A stretch of 64,000 nucleotides of DNA from a plasmid: sequence record NZ_CP109675.1. The stretch is one strand, 5' to 3'. Under the pieces are notes generated by a model. That model worked only from the letters and a program-made list of their open reading frames with translations, was not told where the DNA came from and searched no databases. The position numbers and the translations under genes are program-made. Below, in pieces: positions 10,275-21,274 of this stretch; the stretch's first letter is position 1, and each line of letters starts with the position of its first letter.

Positions 10275-11028
10275 TATGCCTGAAGAAGAAACACTGGAAA
10301 GCGAGGATGATTTTGGCGCGCCAGATCCTCGCGAGAAACCGCCCTTCTGGAAGCGAGACCTGCTGTTTGGCTATTCTCTGCCGTGGCTTCTCGGGATAAC
10401 GCTTCTGGCAGTGGCCAGCCTCTGGTACCTGTTCGGTCCATCACTGTCATTGACGAATAATACGCCGTCTGAAACCAGCTTCAGTGAAGTTGAAAATACA
10501 CTCGACGGTGCACAGCATAGTACGGTTGAGTCTGTTCCGCAGCAGGCTGTCTCGCCAGCCGCGGCGCAACCGGCGGCACATACGTCCCTGCCAATGGCTC
10601 AGGACGACAGGGCGAGCATGATGACGGATATCCGTGACGAGCTGAACGATCGTGACCGCAAGATAAATGACTCTCTGACGTCGCTTAAAGACAGCGTTAC
10701 GCGCCTGTCTGATGCTATCAAAAGGGATGAGGCTTACGCAGTAGAAACGCGTGCACAGCTTAATGAGCTGACACAGAAGCTGGCTGTTCTGGAAACCCGC
10801 GTAAGCACCTCTGATGCCTCAAAAACAGCTTCCCGGCCCCAAAAACGGCAGACAACCAGTGCTGTTGCAGGCATGAAAATCATGTCGCTGGAAGCAGGAA
10901 TGGCGTGGATCAAATGGCAGGGCAGTACCTGGTCAGTCCGGGAGGGGGATACGCTGGGTAAAGTCACTATTCGTCAGATTGATCCTGCCACGCGCTCTGT
11001 GGTGACAACCGGAGGAACCCTGCGCTAA
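10255..11028 (+). CDS. traP: TraP-like bitopic membrane protein (DotF/IcmG-like) with coiled coil
   Basis: GAGGAA RBS. TM (LPWLLGITLLAVASLWYLF). Overlaps traO. Confidence 0.45.
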   Translation: MMNQKIDMPEEETLESEDDFGAPDPREKPPFWKRDLLFGYSLPWLLGITLLAVASLWYLFGPSLSLTNNTPSETSFSEVENTLDGAQHSTVESVPQQAVSPAAAQPAAHTSLPMAQDDRASMMTDIRDELNDRDRKINDSLTSLKDSVTRLSDAIKRDEAYAVETRAQLNELTQKLAVLETRVSTSDASKTASRPQKRQTTSAVAGMKIMSLEAGMAWIKWQGSTWSVREGDTLGKVTIRQIDPATRSVVTTGGTLR

Positions 11029-11552
11029 TGGCACTGGATGCCGTCACGCTAATAGAGAATCTTGCTTCGGGCATCTTCACCGCTGGGCTGGATTTATTAT
11101 TCAGCTGGTCCGAGATGATTGGTTTTTTTGGCCTCATCGCACTTCTGACCCGGCAACGTTCCAGTCGAAGTCCATTGTCCCCGGGCAAGTTTGCTATTGG
11201 CCTTTTTTCCTGCGCCGCGCTGGTATCTCTCCCCTCCATCATTAATGCCAGTGGTGCGCAGCTTGGCTTTGGCGCCACATCTTTTGATGCAATCGCGTAT
11301 GTGCAACCCGCCACCTACGGCGTTGCTGCCGGGGCTGCTAACGCCGTACTTTCTCTGGTCCGGCTAGCAGGAGTGGGGTTTGTCTATGCGGCACTCGATA
11401 TGTTTCGACGATCAGAGCTTGAGGGGCACACCGCACTCAGTTCAAGTGAAAGCATTCGCGCTGCGACAGTAAAACTGTTTGCAGGGACCGGTATGGTCTT
11501 TTCACCTCAGCTCATCGATGCCGCACTTGCCACTCTCGGCCTCTCTTTTTAA
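11028..11552 (+). CDS. traQ: TraQ-like polytopic membrane protein (DotE/IcmC-like)
   Basis: TAATG coupling to traP. Multiple hydrophobic helices. 174 aa. Confidence 0.45.
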   Translation: MALDAVTLIENLASGIFTAGLDLLFSWSEMIGFFGLIALLTRQRSSRSPLSPGKFAIGLFSCAALVSLPSIINASGAQLGFGATSFDAIAYVQPATYGVAAGAANAVLSLVRLAGVGFVYAALDMFRRSELEGHTALSSSESIRAATVKLFAGTGMVFSPQLIDAALATLGLSF

Positions 11553-11586
11553 CACACTTCGTTTTTTTATAACCCAAGGAGACACT

Positions 11587-11991
11587 ATGTCACTTTTCCG
11601 TGCTATTTCCGCGCGTCTTTATGCCGTCGTTATTTTCTGCCAGCTGACCATGATGCAGTGCCGCGAGCGCATGATTCAGGGGCTGTGTGCTCTGGTCACG
11701 TTCCTGTTACCCGGCATGGCCTTCGCTGATGGCGATCTCGCCGATATGTTTGGTAGCGCCGCCTCTGGTGCCAAAAGCGGTAAAACTTCCGGCCTGGAAA
11801 TTGCCCAGGCGATCGGTGTGTTCATCTTCATCGGTTCCCTGCTGTCCTTCAAAAAAGTGGGCACCAATCCGCAGATCACTGTGGGCCGCTGCTGTGCAGG
11901 TCTGGCCATCGGCGCACTACTGGCCGTAGTCCCTGAAATTATGGGACGAACCCAGAAACAGCTCGGTACCAGCTCTGTCAATATCAGCTAA
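11587..11991 (+). CDS. traR: TraR-like small membrane protein (DotP/IcmD-like)
   Basis: ATG 11587 preceded by AAGGAGA. Hydrophobic 134 aa. The track ORF's N-terminal extension was rejected. Confidence 0.4.
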   Translation: MSLFRAISARLYAVVIFCQLTMMQCRERMIQGLCALVTFLLPGMAFADGDLADMFGSAASGAKSGKTSGLEIAQAIGVFIFIGSLLSFKKVGTNPQITVGRCCAGLAIGALLAVVPEIMGRTQKQLGTSSVNIS

Positions 11992-12036
11992 CCACAGGAA
12001 AGGGTCGGTGTTTACCGACCCTTTCAGGAGAAAACG

Positions 12037-12900
12037 ATGAGCAAAAAGAAAAAGACACCTGACTGTCCATGGCTACATCCGCTTCCGGTTCCTGATGTTG
12101 TCCATTCCACAGCCCCTTTACTTCCTCCCCCCGAGAGCGTTTCTGGAGGGCGGTGTTATTGCTGTAGTGCTGACATGAAACATCTGTTTGTGTTACCGGA
12201 ATCCCTGCCATTATCCCGACTTGCGGAAGACGCGCAGGATGCCAGGACCCGACTTGTCAGAGCGAAAGACACGCTGGCTCAGCTGGAGTCACGTCCCACC
12301 CCGCAGGTACCGGTTGAATATGAGAAACACGCCCGGGCTCTGAAAGCTGCCCGGACCGGGATGCAGCACGCATCACTTGCCGCCCGCCGGATTGCTTTGC
12401 GACACATCCCCAAAACACTGCTGACCGACACCAGTCTGCTGTCTGACATCGAACATGCTGAATTAGAACGGCTCACGACACCGTTTCACCTCTGTTACCT
12501 CTGCCATGCCTGGCATGCCCTCAACGGATTTGCTGCTGCTCAGGGGGTCATGGTCTGGCTACCGGACCTGCACCCACGTAATGTTGTTGCCCTGAACCGA
12601 AAAGCCCTGCAGGCCGTCTTCAGCACCAGACCAGGCGAGGTTCGGGAAGGCCGTCGGGTACTGTCGGAACTGACCCGCCATCGTCTTCCTCTGGAAGAAC
12701 GTTTCGGGGGATGGCGACCAGCTGACTATGCAGATGCGCTTAAACGTTTCCCGCCAGTCATGCGCGATGAAATGCGACAAAAAATGAACGGAGTGGCGTT
12801 GATCCTGACACCTGATTCAGTGACGGACAGTGACGTTCTGTCAGGAGCCTCGCAGACAACAATATTATCCTCACAGTCATCTGGTACCACTGTCACGTAA
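12037..12900 (+). CDS. traT: TraT-like transfer protein (no separate traS seen)
   Basis: AGGAGA RBS. 287 aa. Sits between traR and traU. Confidence 0.35.
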   Translation: MSKKKKTPDCPWLHPLPVPDVVHSTAPLLPPPESVSGGRCYCCSADMKHLFVLPESLPLSRLAEDAQDARTRLVRAKDTLAQLESRPTPQVPVEYEKHARALKAARTGMQHASLAARRIALRHIPKTLLTDTSLLSDIEHAELERLTTPFHLCYLCHAWHALNGFAAAQGVMVWLPDLHPRNVVALNRKALQAVFSTRPGEVREGRRVLSELTRHRLPLEERFGGWRPADYADALKRFPPVMRDEMRQKMNGVALILTPDSVTDSDVLSGASQTTILSSQSSGTTVT

Positions 12901-12986
12901 ACCTAACGCAAGCCTTATCCCGCAGATGCGCCCACAGAAGCGCCTCGCCCATCAATACACGCCATTCCGGTGGAGTCTTCGCAGCT

Positions 12987-15900
12987 ATGAATATCAACCG
13001 CCTTGTCTTCACTATTGAAGACGTTATGAATACCTGTTCCCGTTTCGCCGTCTCTGCTGACTTTGTCGACTACTGCGACATTCGTACGGTGATCGGACTG
13101 GACAAACAAGATCTGGAGCTCAGACCCTGGCTGGAAGCCCCTTATATAGGTGTCACCCATCATGGCTATTTCCTTTCTGTATTCGAAATATCCGGGGCAT
13201 TGCGTGAAATGTCGGAAACAGCCTCAGACGATCATCCGGATGCGTTTGAAGGAATGATCGCGCACCTCGCGTCCACGCTCAGCACCACCTGGAAAAATAT
13301 CGGCCATAAACTGGCCTTCATTTTCGAACGTGACCCGGAAAAAGGGCGTGACGAAGTCAGCGCCATGATCGCCCCGCAAATGCGTTCAATTCAGCACATC
13401 GGCGTCCAGCTGGATGACCTGCTTAATGAGAAGATCAATGTCATTTCTCCGTGGCTTGTTCGTGAGCGCTGCTGGCTTGCCGTCTGGAGCTCTCCGACAC
13501 TGGTGAGTCATCAGGAACGAACCGATTTTAACGCCACCGTTCGGGCCATTCAGGATAAAGCACCTGTCGCGCGCTTTGGTCAGGAGCCCTGGCGCTGGCA
13601 AATGTCTGGTCTGAAGATCCGGCACGACAGCTTTATCACCACTCTTGAAAAAGCACTCGTACGCGGTGGAGACGGCTTGCTTGTCCGCCTGCTTGATGTG
13701 CCTGAGTTCTGTAATGAAATCAGACGTGAAACAGCACGCAACAGCACATCGGCCGCATGGCGCCCGGCATTACCGGGGAAGGCTGCGCCAGCGGGTGCGC
13801 TTCAGGAGGGCGACGCTACAGCACTGCTAGCTCCCTTCCTGAATCTTCAGGTATTTGGTTGTACGCCAGAAACAGAAGGTAATCTGGTGCATGCAGGGGG
13901 GCTGTGGCACGGCATGGTGGCCATAACACTTCCGCCTCAGCATCCCCGCCCCTTCAATGAGCTTGTGAAATTGGTTCCACGTTCCGTTCCCTGGCGCATA
14001 CGAATCGACATCATGCCTGGCGGGATGAAAGCGCTGGGCTGGAAAAAGACTATTTCATCATTTGGACAATTTATTCCCTCTATTCGCCCACTTTACGACG
14101 CTTTCACACAGCTGGCTGCAACGGATGAACGCGATCCGGTCTGCGTGATGACCATTGTGGCGTCCACCTGGGGGCATACCCGGGAAATATGCTCCCGTAA
14201 TCAGATGCTGCTTGAATCAGCGTTGCAGGGTTGGGGAGTCTGTAACACGACCACCACATTCGGTGATCCTCGCAGGGGATGGGTCAACAGTATGCTGGCC
14301 GCGTCAGCGGGCTCCGGCCCTGTTCCGCTTTACCCGCCACTCTCCCATGCGCTATCGATGTTGCCCTTCAACCGACCAGGTACCGTCTGGCGAGGGGAAG
14401 GCAACCTGATGCTGCACACGGAAGACGGATGCGCCTGGGAAGTCGGGCTGGGGTCTTCTCGACAGAACAAGCATACCGAACTTGCCCCTGGCGATTCGGG
14501 TCTGGGTAAATCGGTACTGATTAATACCCTGACGGAAATACAGGTATCTTCCGCCCAGGTTTCGCTTCCTTATGTGGCTCACATTGATAAAGGATTCAGC
14601 GCGATGGGGTTAATCCAGCTGATACGTGACAGTCTGCCAGAAGAGAGAAAGGACGAAGCAGTCGGCATCATACTCAGCAACGACCCGTCTAAGTCACGCA
14701 ATGTCTTCGACATCCTGTACGGCGCTCGTAAGCCAGTGACACCAGAGAAGCAATTTATCGCGTCCATGTTGACGGCCTTCTGTATCGAACCGGATAAAGG
14801 GACCCCGCCTAACCCTACAGATACCCGGCAAATAGTGAATCGCCTGATTGATCTGGCGTATGACATGCGTAGTGGTATTGAGCCAAACATGTTCCGTTCA
14901 AACGTAGAGCCAGAAGTGGATGCGGCACTGGAGTCATCCGGTTTGTGGGGTGAGCACGATCCGGAGTGGTGGACCGCGACACCATGGTACGAAGTACGTG
15001 ACCTCCTGCATGAACGTGGACAGTTATCTGCAGCTCAGCGGGCACACTACCAGGCGGTACCAGAACTTGCTGATATGCCCGCGCTACTACGCAGTGAGGT
15101 TATTCAGGAGACTTTTGGCCGAATACAGCGTAACGGCTCACAGGAGCCCCTGGTGGAGTACATTGAGCGCTGCATGATTCAGGCCCGACAGGACTACCCG
15201 ATGATGGCCAGTCGGACTCGTTTTGCGCTGAACCCGAACACACGCATTATTGCCGTAGACTTAAACAACGTAGCCGGCGATAAGACCCCGGCAGGCAGAC
15301 TGAAAACCGGCATCATGTTCCTCTTTGCTGGCCACATCACTGCGGGTGATTTTTTGCTGCCGCAGTATCAGGATGAGGTAATGCAAATACTGCCGGAAGC
15401 CTACCTCCCGGGCATTATGCGACGCATCAACCAGCTCGATAGTGAAATGAAAACCAAAATCTATGACGAACTGCACAACGTCAAAGGCATTGATTTCATC
15501 TTCGAAGCACTGGATACGCAGGATCGTGAACAACGTAAGTTTGGTATCCGCACGGTGCTGAGTACCCAGTTCCTTACCGACTATCCGAAAAGCCTGCTCG
15601 ACTCTGCCAACACCCTCTGGCTGCTGCGCTTCCGCCAGGAAGATATTCCACTTTTACGGGACAGTTTTAAGATCCCCGAACACAATCTTCATGCATTCCT
15701 GCGTATGCCAGCTGGTCCGGCTGCAGACGGTAGTGGCGTACCGATGCTATGTATGATGCGCACAACCCAGGGGACGCTGGCACGGATTGTCCGGTTTACG
15801 CTCGGACCGCTGGAGCTGTGGTCGCTTAACTCAGACAAAAAAGACGGCGCGCTACGCAGAAATCTCTCGGATACGATCGGTACTGCCCGTGCCCGTCAGT

Positions 15901-16040
15901 TACTGGCGGAGAAGTTCCCTCGCGGATCCGCAAAAAAACTCATTGAGTACAGGGAGCGTAACAGTGGCGCCCGTGGTGATAAGGGCGTCATCGAATTGAT
16001 GGCAGACGAAATGATAAATGAGCTGGGGTATGACCTTTGA
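12987..16040 (+). CDS. traU: TraU conjugative ATPase (VirB4/DotO/IcmB class)
   Basis: 1017 aa (R64 TraU 1014). P-loop-like PGDSGLGKSVLINTL. Size and position characteristic. Confidence 0.85.
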   Translation: MNINRLVFTIEDVMNTCSRFAVSADFVDYCDIRTVIGLDKQDLELRPWLEAPYIGVTHHGYFLSVFEISGALREMSETASDDHPDAFEGMIAHLASTLSTTWKNIGHKLAFIFERDPEKGRDEVSAMIAPQMRSIQHIGVQLDDLLNEKINVISPWLVRERCWLAVWSSPTLVSHQERTDFNATVRAIQDKAPVARFGQEPWRWQMSGLKIRHDSFITTLEKALVRGGDGLLVRLLDVPEFCNEIRRETARNSTSAAWRPALPGKAAPAGALQEGDATALLAPFLNLQVFGCTPETEGNLVHAGGLWHGMVAITLPPQHPRPFNELVKLVPRSVPWRIRIDIMPGGMKALGWKKTISSFGQFIPSIRPLYDAFTQLAATDERDPVCVMTIVASTWGHTREICSRNQMLLESALQGWGVCNTTTTFGDPRRGWVNSMLAASAGSGPVPLYPPLSHALSMLPFNRPGTVWRGEGNLMLHTEDGCAWEVGLGSSRQNKHTELAPGDSGLGKSVLINTLTEIQVSSAQVSLPYVAHIDKGFSAMGLIQLIRDSLPEERKDEAVGIILSNDPSKSRNVFDILYGARKPVTPEKQFIASMLTAFCIEPDKGTPPNPTDTRQIVNRLIDLAYDMRSGIEPNMFRSNVEPEVDAALESSGLWGEHDPEWWTATPWYEVRDLLHERGQLSAAQRAHYQAVPELADMPALLRSEVIQETFGRIQRNGSQEPLVEYIERCMIQARQDYPMMASRTRFALNPNTRIIAVDLNNVAGDKTPAGRLKTGIMFLFAGHITAGDFLLPQYQDEVMQILPEAYLPGIMRRINQLDSEMKTKIYDELHNVKGIDFIFEALDTQDREQRKFGIRTVLSTQFLTDYPKSLLDSANTLWLLRFRQEDIPLLRDSFKIPEHNLHAFLRMPAGPAADGSGVPMLCMMRTTQGTLARIVRFTLGPLELWSLNSDKKDGALRRNLSDTIGTARARQLLAEKFPRGSAKKLIEYRERNSGARGDKGVIELMADEMINELGYDL

Positions 16041-16609
16041 TGTGTTCCATCCACCTGACGCCACGCTGTCGCCGCCCGGTAAAGGGCCAGGTCAGTCTTT
16101 CCCGCCTGGTGATCGATGCCGACGGCGTGGAGTTCGTCCTGCCGTCCCGGCACTTCCGTACAGACAGTGCAGTGAACTCCCGGGCGGTATACGCGACCGA
16201 TCGCCGGGCAACGCAAGAGGCCTGTGGCGTGCTTCTTTCACTCAAAGCGCGACCACGCCAGCTGGTCACAACAGCCATCTGGCAGGTCAATGAGCCAGGC
16301 GAACCGGTGCGGGAATCGCGTCATGTGGTCCAGTGGTTGCTACCTGAAAATACAGGGGCGGTGTTAACTGATGATACCTGGTTATGGCCGGAGGGGGCAG
16401 ATACCCCACAACTCAGCTCGGGAGACTGGCCGGTACTGGATATCACCCCTCCAGCTCATGCAAGAATCACGCGTCGTGGGCTGACAATCATAGACACCCG
16501 CAGCCGGGAAGGACGTATCAGCAGACGCTTTCAGACCTTCCCTCTGGTCGCCCTCGCCCCCGGCACACAGTCAACCCGCCTTCCCGGCGTGTTTACCCCG
16601 CTCAAATAA
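16040..16609 (+). CDS. traV: TraV-like protein
   Basis: ATG overlapping traU stop (TGATG). 189 aa. Confidence 0.4.
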   Translation: MCSIHLTPRCRRPVKGQVSLSRLVIDADGVEFVLPSRHFRTDSAVNSRAVYATDRRATQEACGVLLSLKARPRQLVTTAIWQVNEPGEPVRESRHVVQWLLPENTGAVLTDDTWLWPEGADTPQLSSGDWPVLDITPPAHARITRRGLTIIDTRSREGRISRRFQTFPLVALAPGTQSTRLPGVFTPLK

Positions 16610-16621
16610 ACGGAGAATCTC

Positions 16622-17824
16622 ATGCTACAACGTCATCTCCCCGCGCTGGCGCTGGCCATCGCGTCCAGCCTTCCCACTGTTGCCAGTGCTTTAACGGTCA
16701 ACGTGAACTCCAGCGTTCCGATCACGACTCAGGTTCTGCCTGAGATGGCCACCATCCAGGCAACTCTGGTCGAAATACTACAGATGCAACAGGCAACCGG
16801 CACAGCCATCACACAGAACGCCGACAAGCTCGGCGCCCTGATTAATCAGGATGGGCAGGCTACTCGTCAGCAAATGATTTTCAATAATGAAACCCAACGT
16901 CTGGAGGAGGCACGGCAGAGTTTTTCGGTACCGGATTCGATCTGTAGTGATTCCGCATCCGGTGTGGCAGCACAAAGTAAAAGTGCATCAGGCAGCGCCG
17001 CGTCAAAACTCTCATCAGGCAAAGGTGTTTCCAGTTCAGCGGTGCGGAAGAGGATTTCTACAGCATCGGAAGAACAGGCCCGCGACGCTTATGACGGTGC
17101 GAACGTACATGCCGCGTACTGTACGGCAGCAGAATATGAACGCTTTGGCGGAACCGGTATCTGCCCTGCCGTCAGTAATTTGCCCGGAGGTGACAGTCAG
17201 GTACGCTCCATCTATGGCGGCGCGGGACCTGAAGGGCAGGCACCGGCACTTTCCTGGTCACAGGAACAGATTGATGCCGCTATGGCCTACATGAAAAACA
17301 CGGCTCGACCTTCAGCAGGCCGCACGCCAGGCAAAGGTGAAGTCAACACTGTTACCGGTCGTACGTATGTAGGGTTGCTCAACGAGTACAACGGTATCAT
17401 CGATGCCGCGTCTGAACCTCAGCTCTCGCTGATTGCCGACAGTAAGACCAGTGAAACCACCCGTGATGCCCTGAAAGAAGCACTGCAGTCACCTTCCGCA
17501 GCGCAGTATTTTGACAATGTGGCTTCGCCGGAGGCGAAGGCGAAGGGCTACATGAGCCAGCGAGAATTTGAATCGTTTGAGGCCGGACGTCGATATGCCA
17601 ACACAGCCTATCTCTCCGACCTGCAGCAAATGGACGGAGATAACCTTATGCGCGAACTCATCCGAACTACGGCACAGATGAACTGGCAACTTAACGACAT
17701 TAAAGAGTTGCTGCGCAAAGGGAACGTGATCGACGGCCAGCTACTCGCCGCCTTTGCCCGCCAGTCCTACGCCCCACGTCTGAAACAACTCGAATCAGCC
17801 ATGAACCAGGGAGCTGCCAAATGA
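16622..17824 (+). CDS. traW: TraW-like secreted/periplasmic protein
   Basis: GGAGAA RBS. Signal peptide MLQRHLPALALAIASSLPTVASA. 400 aa. Confidence 0.5.
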   Translation: MLQRHLPALALAIASSLPTVASALTVNVNSSVPITTQVLPEMATIQATLVEILQMQQATGTAITQNADKLGALINQDGQATRQQMIFNNETQRLEEARQSFSVPDSICSDSASGVAAQSKSASGSAASKLSSGKGVSSSAVRKRISTASEEQARDAYDGANVHAAYCTAAEYERFGGTGICPAVSNLPGGDSQVRSIYGGAGPEGQAPALSWSQEQIDAAMAYMKNTARPSAGRTPGKGEVNTVTGRTYVGLLNEYNGIIDAASEPQLSLIADSKTSETTRDALKEALQSPSAAQYFDNVASPEAKAKGYMSQREFESFEAGRRYANTAYLSDLQQMDGDNLMRELIRTTAQMNWQLNDIKELLRKGNVIDGQLLAAFARQSYAPRLKQLESAMNQGAAK

Positions 17825-18363
17825 CACTGGAAAAAACAGTCGCACGGAAAAAAGGACTACCTGGACGTATTACCCGGGGACTGCTGAGCATATTTCTGCC
17901 ATTGCAGGAAACGAAGTGGTATTTGCGGGCTGCCCGGCACATGACATCACGAAATATTGAGCGAATGCGTGATGCTTTTCCGGAGCTCATTACTGACGAC
18001 AAACCGCCGGCTTCTCCTGACTGGGAAAAAGCCGTTGCGGAATCAGGTTGTACCCCCGCACAGTTGGATGAGGGGTATGTGAGCCAGCGCAGGCGCTGGC
18101 GAGTGCTGTTCTGGCTTATGGCCATACCGGTTCCGCTTGCAGCACTGACACCATTCATTATTGGTGGGAGTATCTCCGCGCACCAGATCAGCACCTGTGT
18201 GGTGCTGTTTTCCGGTGCTGGCGTGGCATGGTCAAAAGCGCTAATCGTAACCTACCGACTGTGGCAGTTACGCAACCGTCGCGTAAGTCTTGCTGAAAGA
18301 GGCACCTTTCAGCATTTCATGGCGGAAACCCATGCCGTACGAGATGCCATTCTCGGGAAATAG
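17821..18363 (+). CDS. traX: TraX-like membrane protein
   Basis: ATGA overlap with traW. Two TMs near the C-terminus. 180 aa. Confidence 0.4.
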   Translation: MTLEKTVARKKGLPGRITRGLLSIFLPLQETKWYLRAARHMTSRNIERMRDAFPELITDDKPPASPDWEKAVAESGCTPAQLDEGYVSQRRRWRVLFWLMAIPVPLAALTPFIIGGSISAHQISTCVVLFSGAGVAWSKALIVTYRLWQLRNRRVSLAERGTFQHFMAETHAVRDAILGK

Positions 18364-18420
18364 CTGCCCTTCTCTGCCTCCTGCCGACATCCCGGCATTC
18401 ATGCATTATCCGGAGTTACC

Positions 18421-20580
18421 GTGAAAAATCTCATTCGTGCGCTTTGTGCAGGGCTGCTTATCTCTGTTACCCCGGCACGCGCAGGTGTCACTTACGATGA
18501 CATAGTCTCTGCTGCAACCAATGCACAGGACCTCTCCCGACAGGCACTGGTCACTATCTTCGGCGATGTGGTGCTGGACCCTCTCGCCGCCGGCAATACC
18601 ACGATGATCGGGAATCTGTTTGCTCTGTTTAACGGAATTATCGCCGTCCTTGCCGTCGTCTGGTTTGTATTTATTGGTCTGAAGCACATTAATAAAACGG
18701 GGCATCAGGGCAAGGTATTCAGCGGGGATCGCGATATCACCAGCACACTGAGCACAGTGTCAGGATTTTTGATGATTATCCCGACCGCCAATGGCTGGAG
18801 CATGTCCCAGCTCATAATTCTCTGGGGCGCGTCGATTATGGGCGTAGGTTCTGCCAACCTGATGGTGTCCAAAGCAGCCAGTGATATTGCCAGCGGCTAC
18901 TCCCTGACTGTCCAGCCCACACAGGCTTCGACCCGAACTTCTGCACGCGGTATTTTTGAGATGCAGCTTTGTAAATATGCCATCAATACTGCGCTGGACG
19001 ATTACAACAGCACGGCAAATTCGACCACAGCCAGAATGGCAGGGGTATCCGGTTCTTCTGGAGGGAATTATACCTACCGGGTCACCAACGGCAGCGGTGT
19101 GTGCGGCACGGCGACGATACCGGAACAACAGAAATCGGACTCCTCGTCTGGTTCCGGAAGCTTCTTTAACCCCTTCAGTAACCGCGATACAAGTGAAGTG
19201 GTGGATGCGCAAAACAAAGCTATGGAAGCAATGATCCAGGATATGGACAGCGCGGCCAGCGAGTTTATGGCAGGGTTTATGAATAAACGAACAACCGGCA
19301 ACGGCACACTCCCGGATATTGAAACCCGCATTCAGAGAGCAGCCAGTACGTACGAACAAACTGTTCAGCACGCACTACCGGCGCAGAGTGAACAAAATGG
19401 CATACAGGATGCTGTCAGGAATTACCTCGACACTTATGGTTGGGCGGCTCTCGGTGCCTGGTACCAGACTTTTGCAACGGCCAATCAACGCCTGACAGAA
19501 GTTGCCAGTCGCGCGCCGGCAACCAGTGGGATGTCATCCCTTGGGGAAATTGGCAGCGGAGACCTGTTCAGTGCGGTAATGAGCGCCTACCGTACCCAGT
19601 TACAAAACTCTAATTATGCACCTCCAGCAGGTACAGCAACATCACAAAACGAGTTAAGTGCTTCTGAAGGTAATGACCCAAATAGCATATTAATGAACTC
19701 GTTCGCTCCATTTTTCGTCAGTTTAACCAGCAACATCGCAACAAATTATAGTGGGACAGGAACCTCAACAGGGCAGGTAAACCCATTAGTTAAAATGAAA
19801 AATGTTGGAGATTACACGCTGGTTGCAGCGGAGGGAACTTTAACAGCATACACGGTCATACGGGCTGCTGTTGCGGGTGGAGAGTCATCCCTTCTCGGGA
19901 AGGTTGTCAATATGACAGGAGCAATTAGCGCTGTAGATAAAGGGCTTGATGCCATTTCGCCAGCAGTATATTTCTTGTTACTACTTATGTTTAGCGCTGG
20001 ATTTACACTTTCAATCTATTTGCCATTTATTCCGTTTATCTTCTGGATGACTGGTATTGGTAACTGGATTGTCAGTGTTCTAGTAGGTTGCGCTGCGGGA
20101 CCTCTATGGGGGGCAACTCACCTAGGTACGTCTCAGGATCGAGGCAGTCGTGCGGCTTATGGTTACATTTACTTTATAGATACCATGATTCGTCCCGCAC
20201 TTATGGTTTTTGGATTTTTCTTTGCATCTGTTGCGATTGTTGCTACTGGCACTATCCTTCATGCACTTTTTGGTGTCGCACTGGTCAATGTTCAAGCCAA
20301 CTCGTTAACAGGTTTATTCAGCATGGCTGGTTTTTTAATGATCTATGCTCGAATTTGCACGACACTGGTATCTAGCATATTTGCCTTACAGGCATATTTA
20401 CCTGACTACGTCATTTCGTTCCTTGGCGGTAGAGATGCAGCAAATACTCTTGGAAGCATGGCTGGTTCTGTCAAAGATATGTTCGTAGCCGGTGGGAGGA
20501 ATATACGGCATACCCCTGGCGTTAATACGAAGGGTATGAATGGTCCAGGGGAAACAAATAATGATGGAATAAAAAGTTGA
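18421..20580 (+). CDS. traY: TraY-like polytopic membrane protein (DotA-like)
   Basis: GTG start after GGAG. Signal/TM then large periplasmic region then multiple C-terminal TMs. 719 aa versus R64 TraY 745. Confidence 0.6.
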   Translation: MKNLIRALCAGLLISVTPARAGVTYDDIVSAATNAQDLSRQALVTIFGDVVLDPLAAGNTTMIGNLFALFNGIIAVLAVVWFVFIGLKHINKTGHQGKVFSGDRDITSTLSTVSGFLMIIPTANGWSMSQLIILWGASIMGVGSANLMVSKAASDIASGYSLTVQPTQASTRTSARGIFEMQLCKYAINTALDDYNSTANSTTARMAGVSGSSGGNYTYRVTNGSGVCGTATIPEQQKSDSSSGSGSFFNPFSNRDTSEVVDAQNKAMEAMIQDMDSAASEFMAGFMNKRTTGNGTLPDIETRIQRAASTYEQTVQHALPAQSEQNGIQDAVRNYLDTYGWAALGAWYQTFATANQRLTEVASRAPATSGMSSLGEIGSGDLFSAVMSAYRTQLQNSNYAPPAGTATSQNELSASEGNDPNSILMNSFAPFFVSLTSNIATNYSGTGTSTGQVNPLVKMKNVGDYTLVAAEGTLTAYTVIRAAVAGGESSLLGKVVNMTGAISAVDKGLDAISPAVYFLLLLMFSAGFTLSIYLPFIPFIFWMTGIGNWIVSVLVGCAAGPLWGATHLGTSQDRGSRAAYGYIYFIDTMIRPALMVFGFFFASVAIVATGTILHALFGVALVNVQANSLTGLFSMAGFLMIYARICTTLVSSIFALQAYLPDYVISFLGGRDAANTLGSMAGSVKDMFVAGGRNIRHTPGVNTKGMNGPGETNNDGIKS

Positions 20581-20641
20581 GATGTGGACATCTATCCAGT
20601 AGTGCTATAACATTGAGTGAAATACCTAAGGAGGGTTTACT

Positions 20642-21274
20642 GTGAAAGATAGATTCCCTAAGTGGTGGGTTTTATACTCTGTTGCAAAGTCTTTATTTTT
20701 AAAGTTCGGTATAATCTCTTTCTTGCTGATTTTTTTTCTATGCTCCATTTCAATCATCATGGATGAGTACGTACGCCCGGAGGCATATCTATACGCCATA
20801 ACAAGTTGCTTACTGTTATTCGGTCCATTTGCCATCAATTATGTTATAGCCAAGAAACGCAAAAAAAAGATCCTTGCTGTTGTTGAGAAAATCAAGGAGA
20901 CGGGTCATTTCAAACCGGAAAGCGGTTCTGAGGGCTGGCTCTTCTGGAAAAGTACCTACCTGGGTTTCGACTTTCAGCAAGGAACCTTTTTGTACGTCCG
21001 AATCTACCCGGGCAATGTCATGGATGTCATTGGCTTCGATGCTTACAGCCTGACACGTACAGAGGTTGAAGATTCAAAGTTGCGTCTCTTCACAAGGTTC
21101 ACATCATTGCCGATGATTCCTATCGATACCGGTGCTGCATCCAGTATTGCTAACCATCTGCATGCAATGAACAACAAAGGATACACCTATAACTTCAACT
21201 TTAACGATGTCGTGAATAAAAAACGTGCCGAGATCGAATCTCTGACAGGGCTACCTGTTCCCGTTCTTGCCTGA
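20642..21274 (+). CDS. excA: Entry-exclusion-like inner-membrane protein (ExcA position)
   Basis: AAGGAGG + GTG start. AT-rich relative to flanks. Two N-terminal TMs. Position between traY and trbA as R64 excA. Confidence 0.4.
   Translation: MKDRFPKWWVLYSVAKSLFLKFGIISFLLIFFLCSISIIMDEYVRPEAYLYAITSCLLLFGPFAINYVIAKKRKKKILAVVEKIKETGHFKPESGSEGWLFWKSTYLGFDFQQGTFLYVRIYPGNVMDVIGFDAYSLTRTEVEDSKLRLFTRFTSLPMIPIDTGAASSIANHLHAMNNKGYTYNFNFNDVVNKKRAEIESLTGLPVPVLA

Noticed and set aside
12037-12900. Possibility that this ORF is a fusion or that traS is missing due to a frameshift
   Set aside because: No in-frame stops or obvious frameshift signature. A single 287-aa ORF with a good RBS is the simplest reading, and the label traT is positional only.
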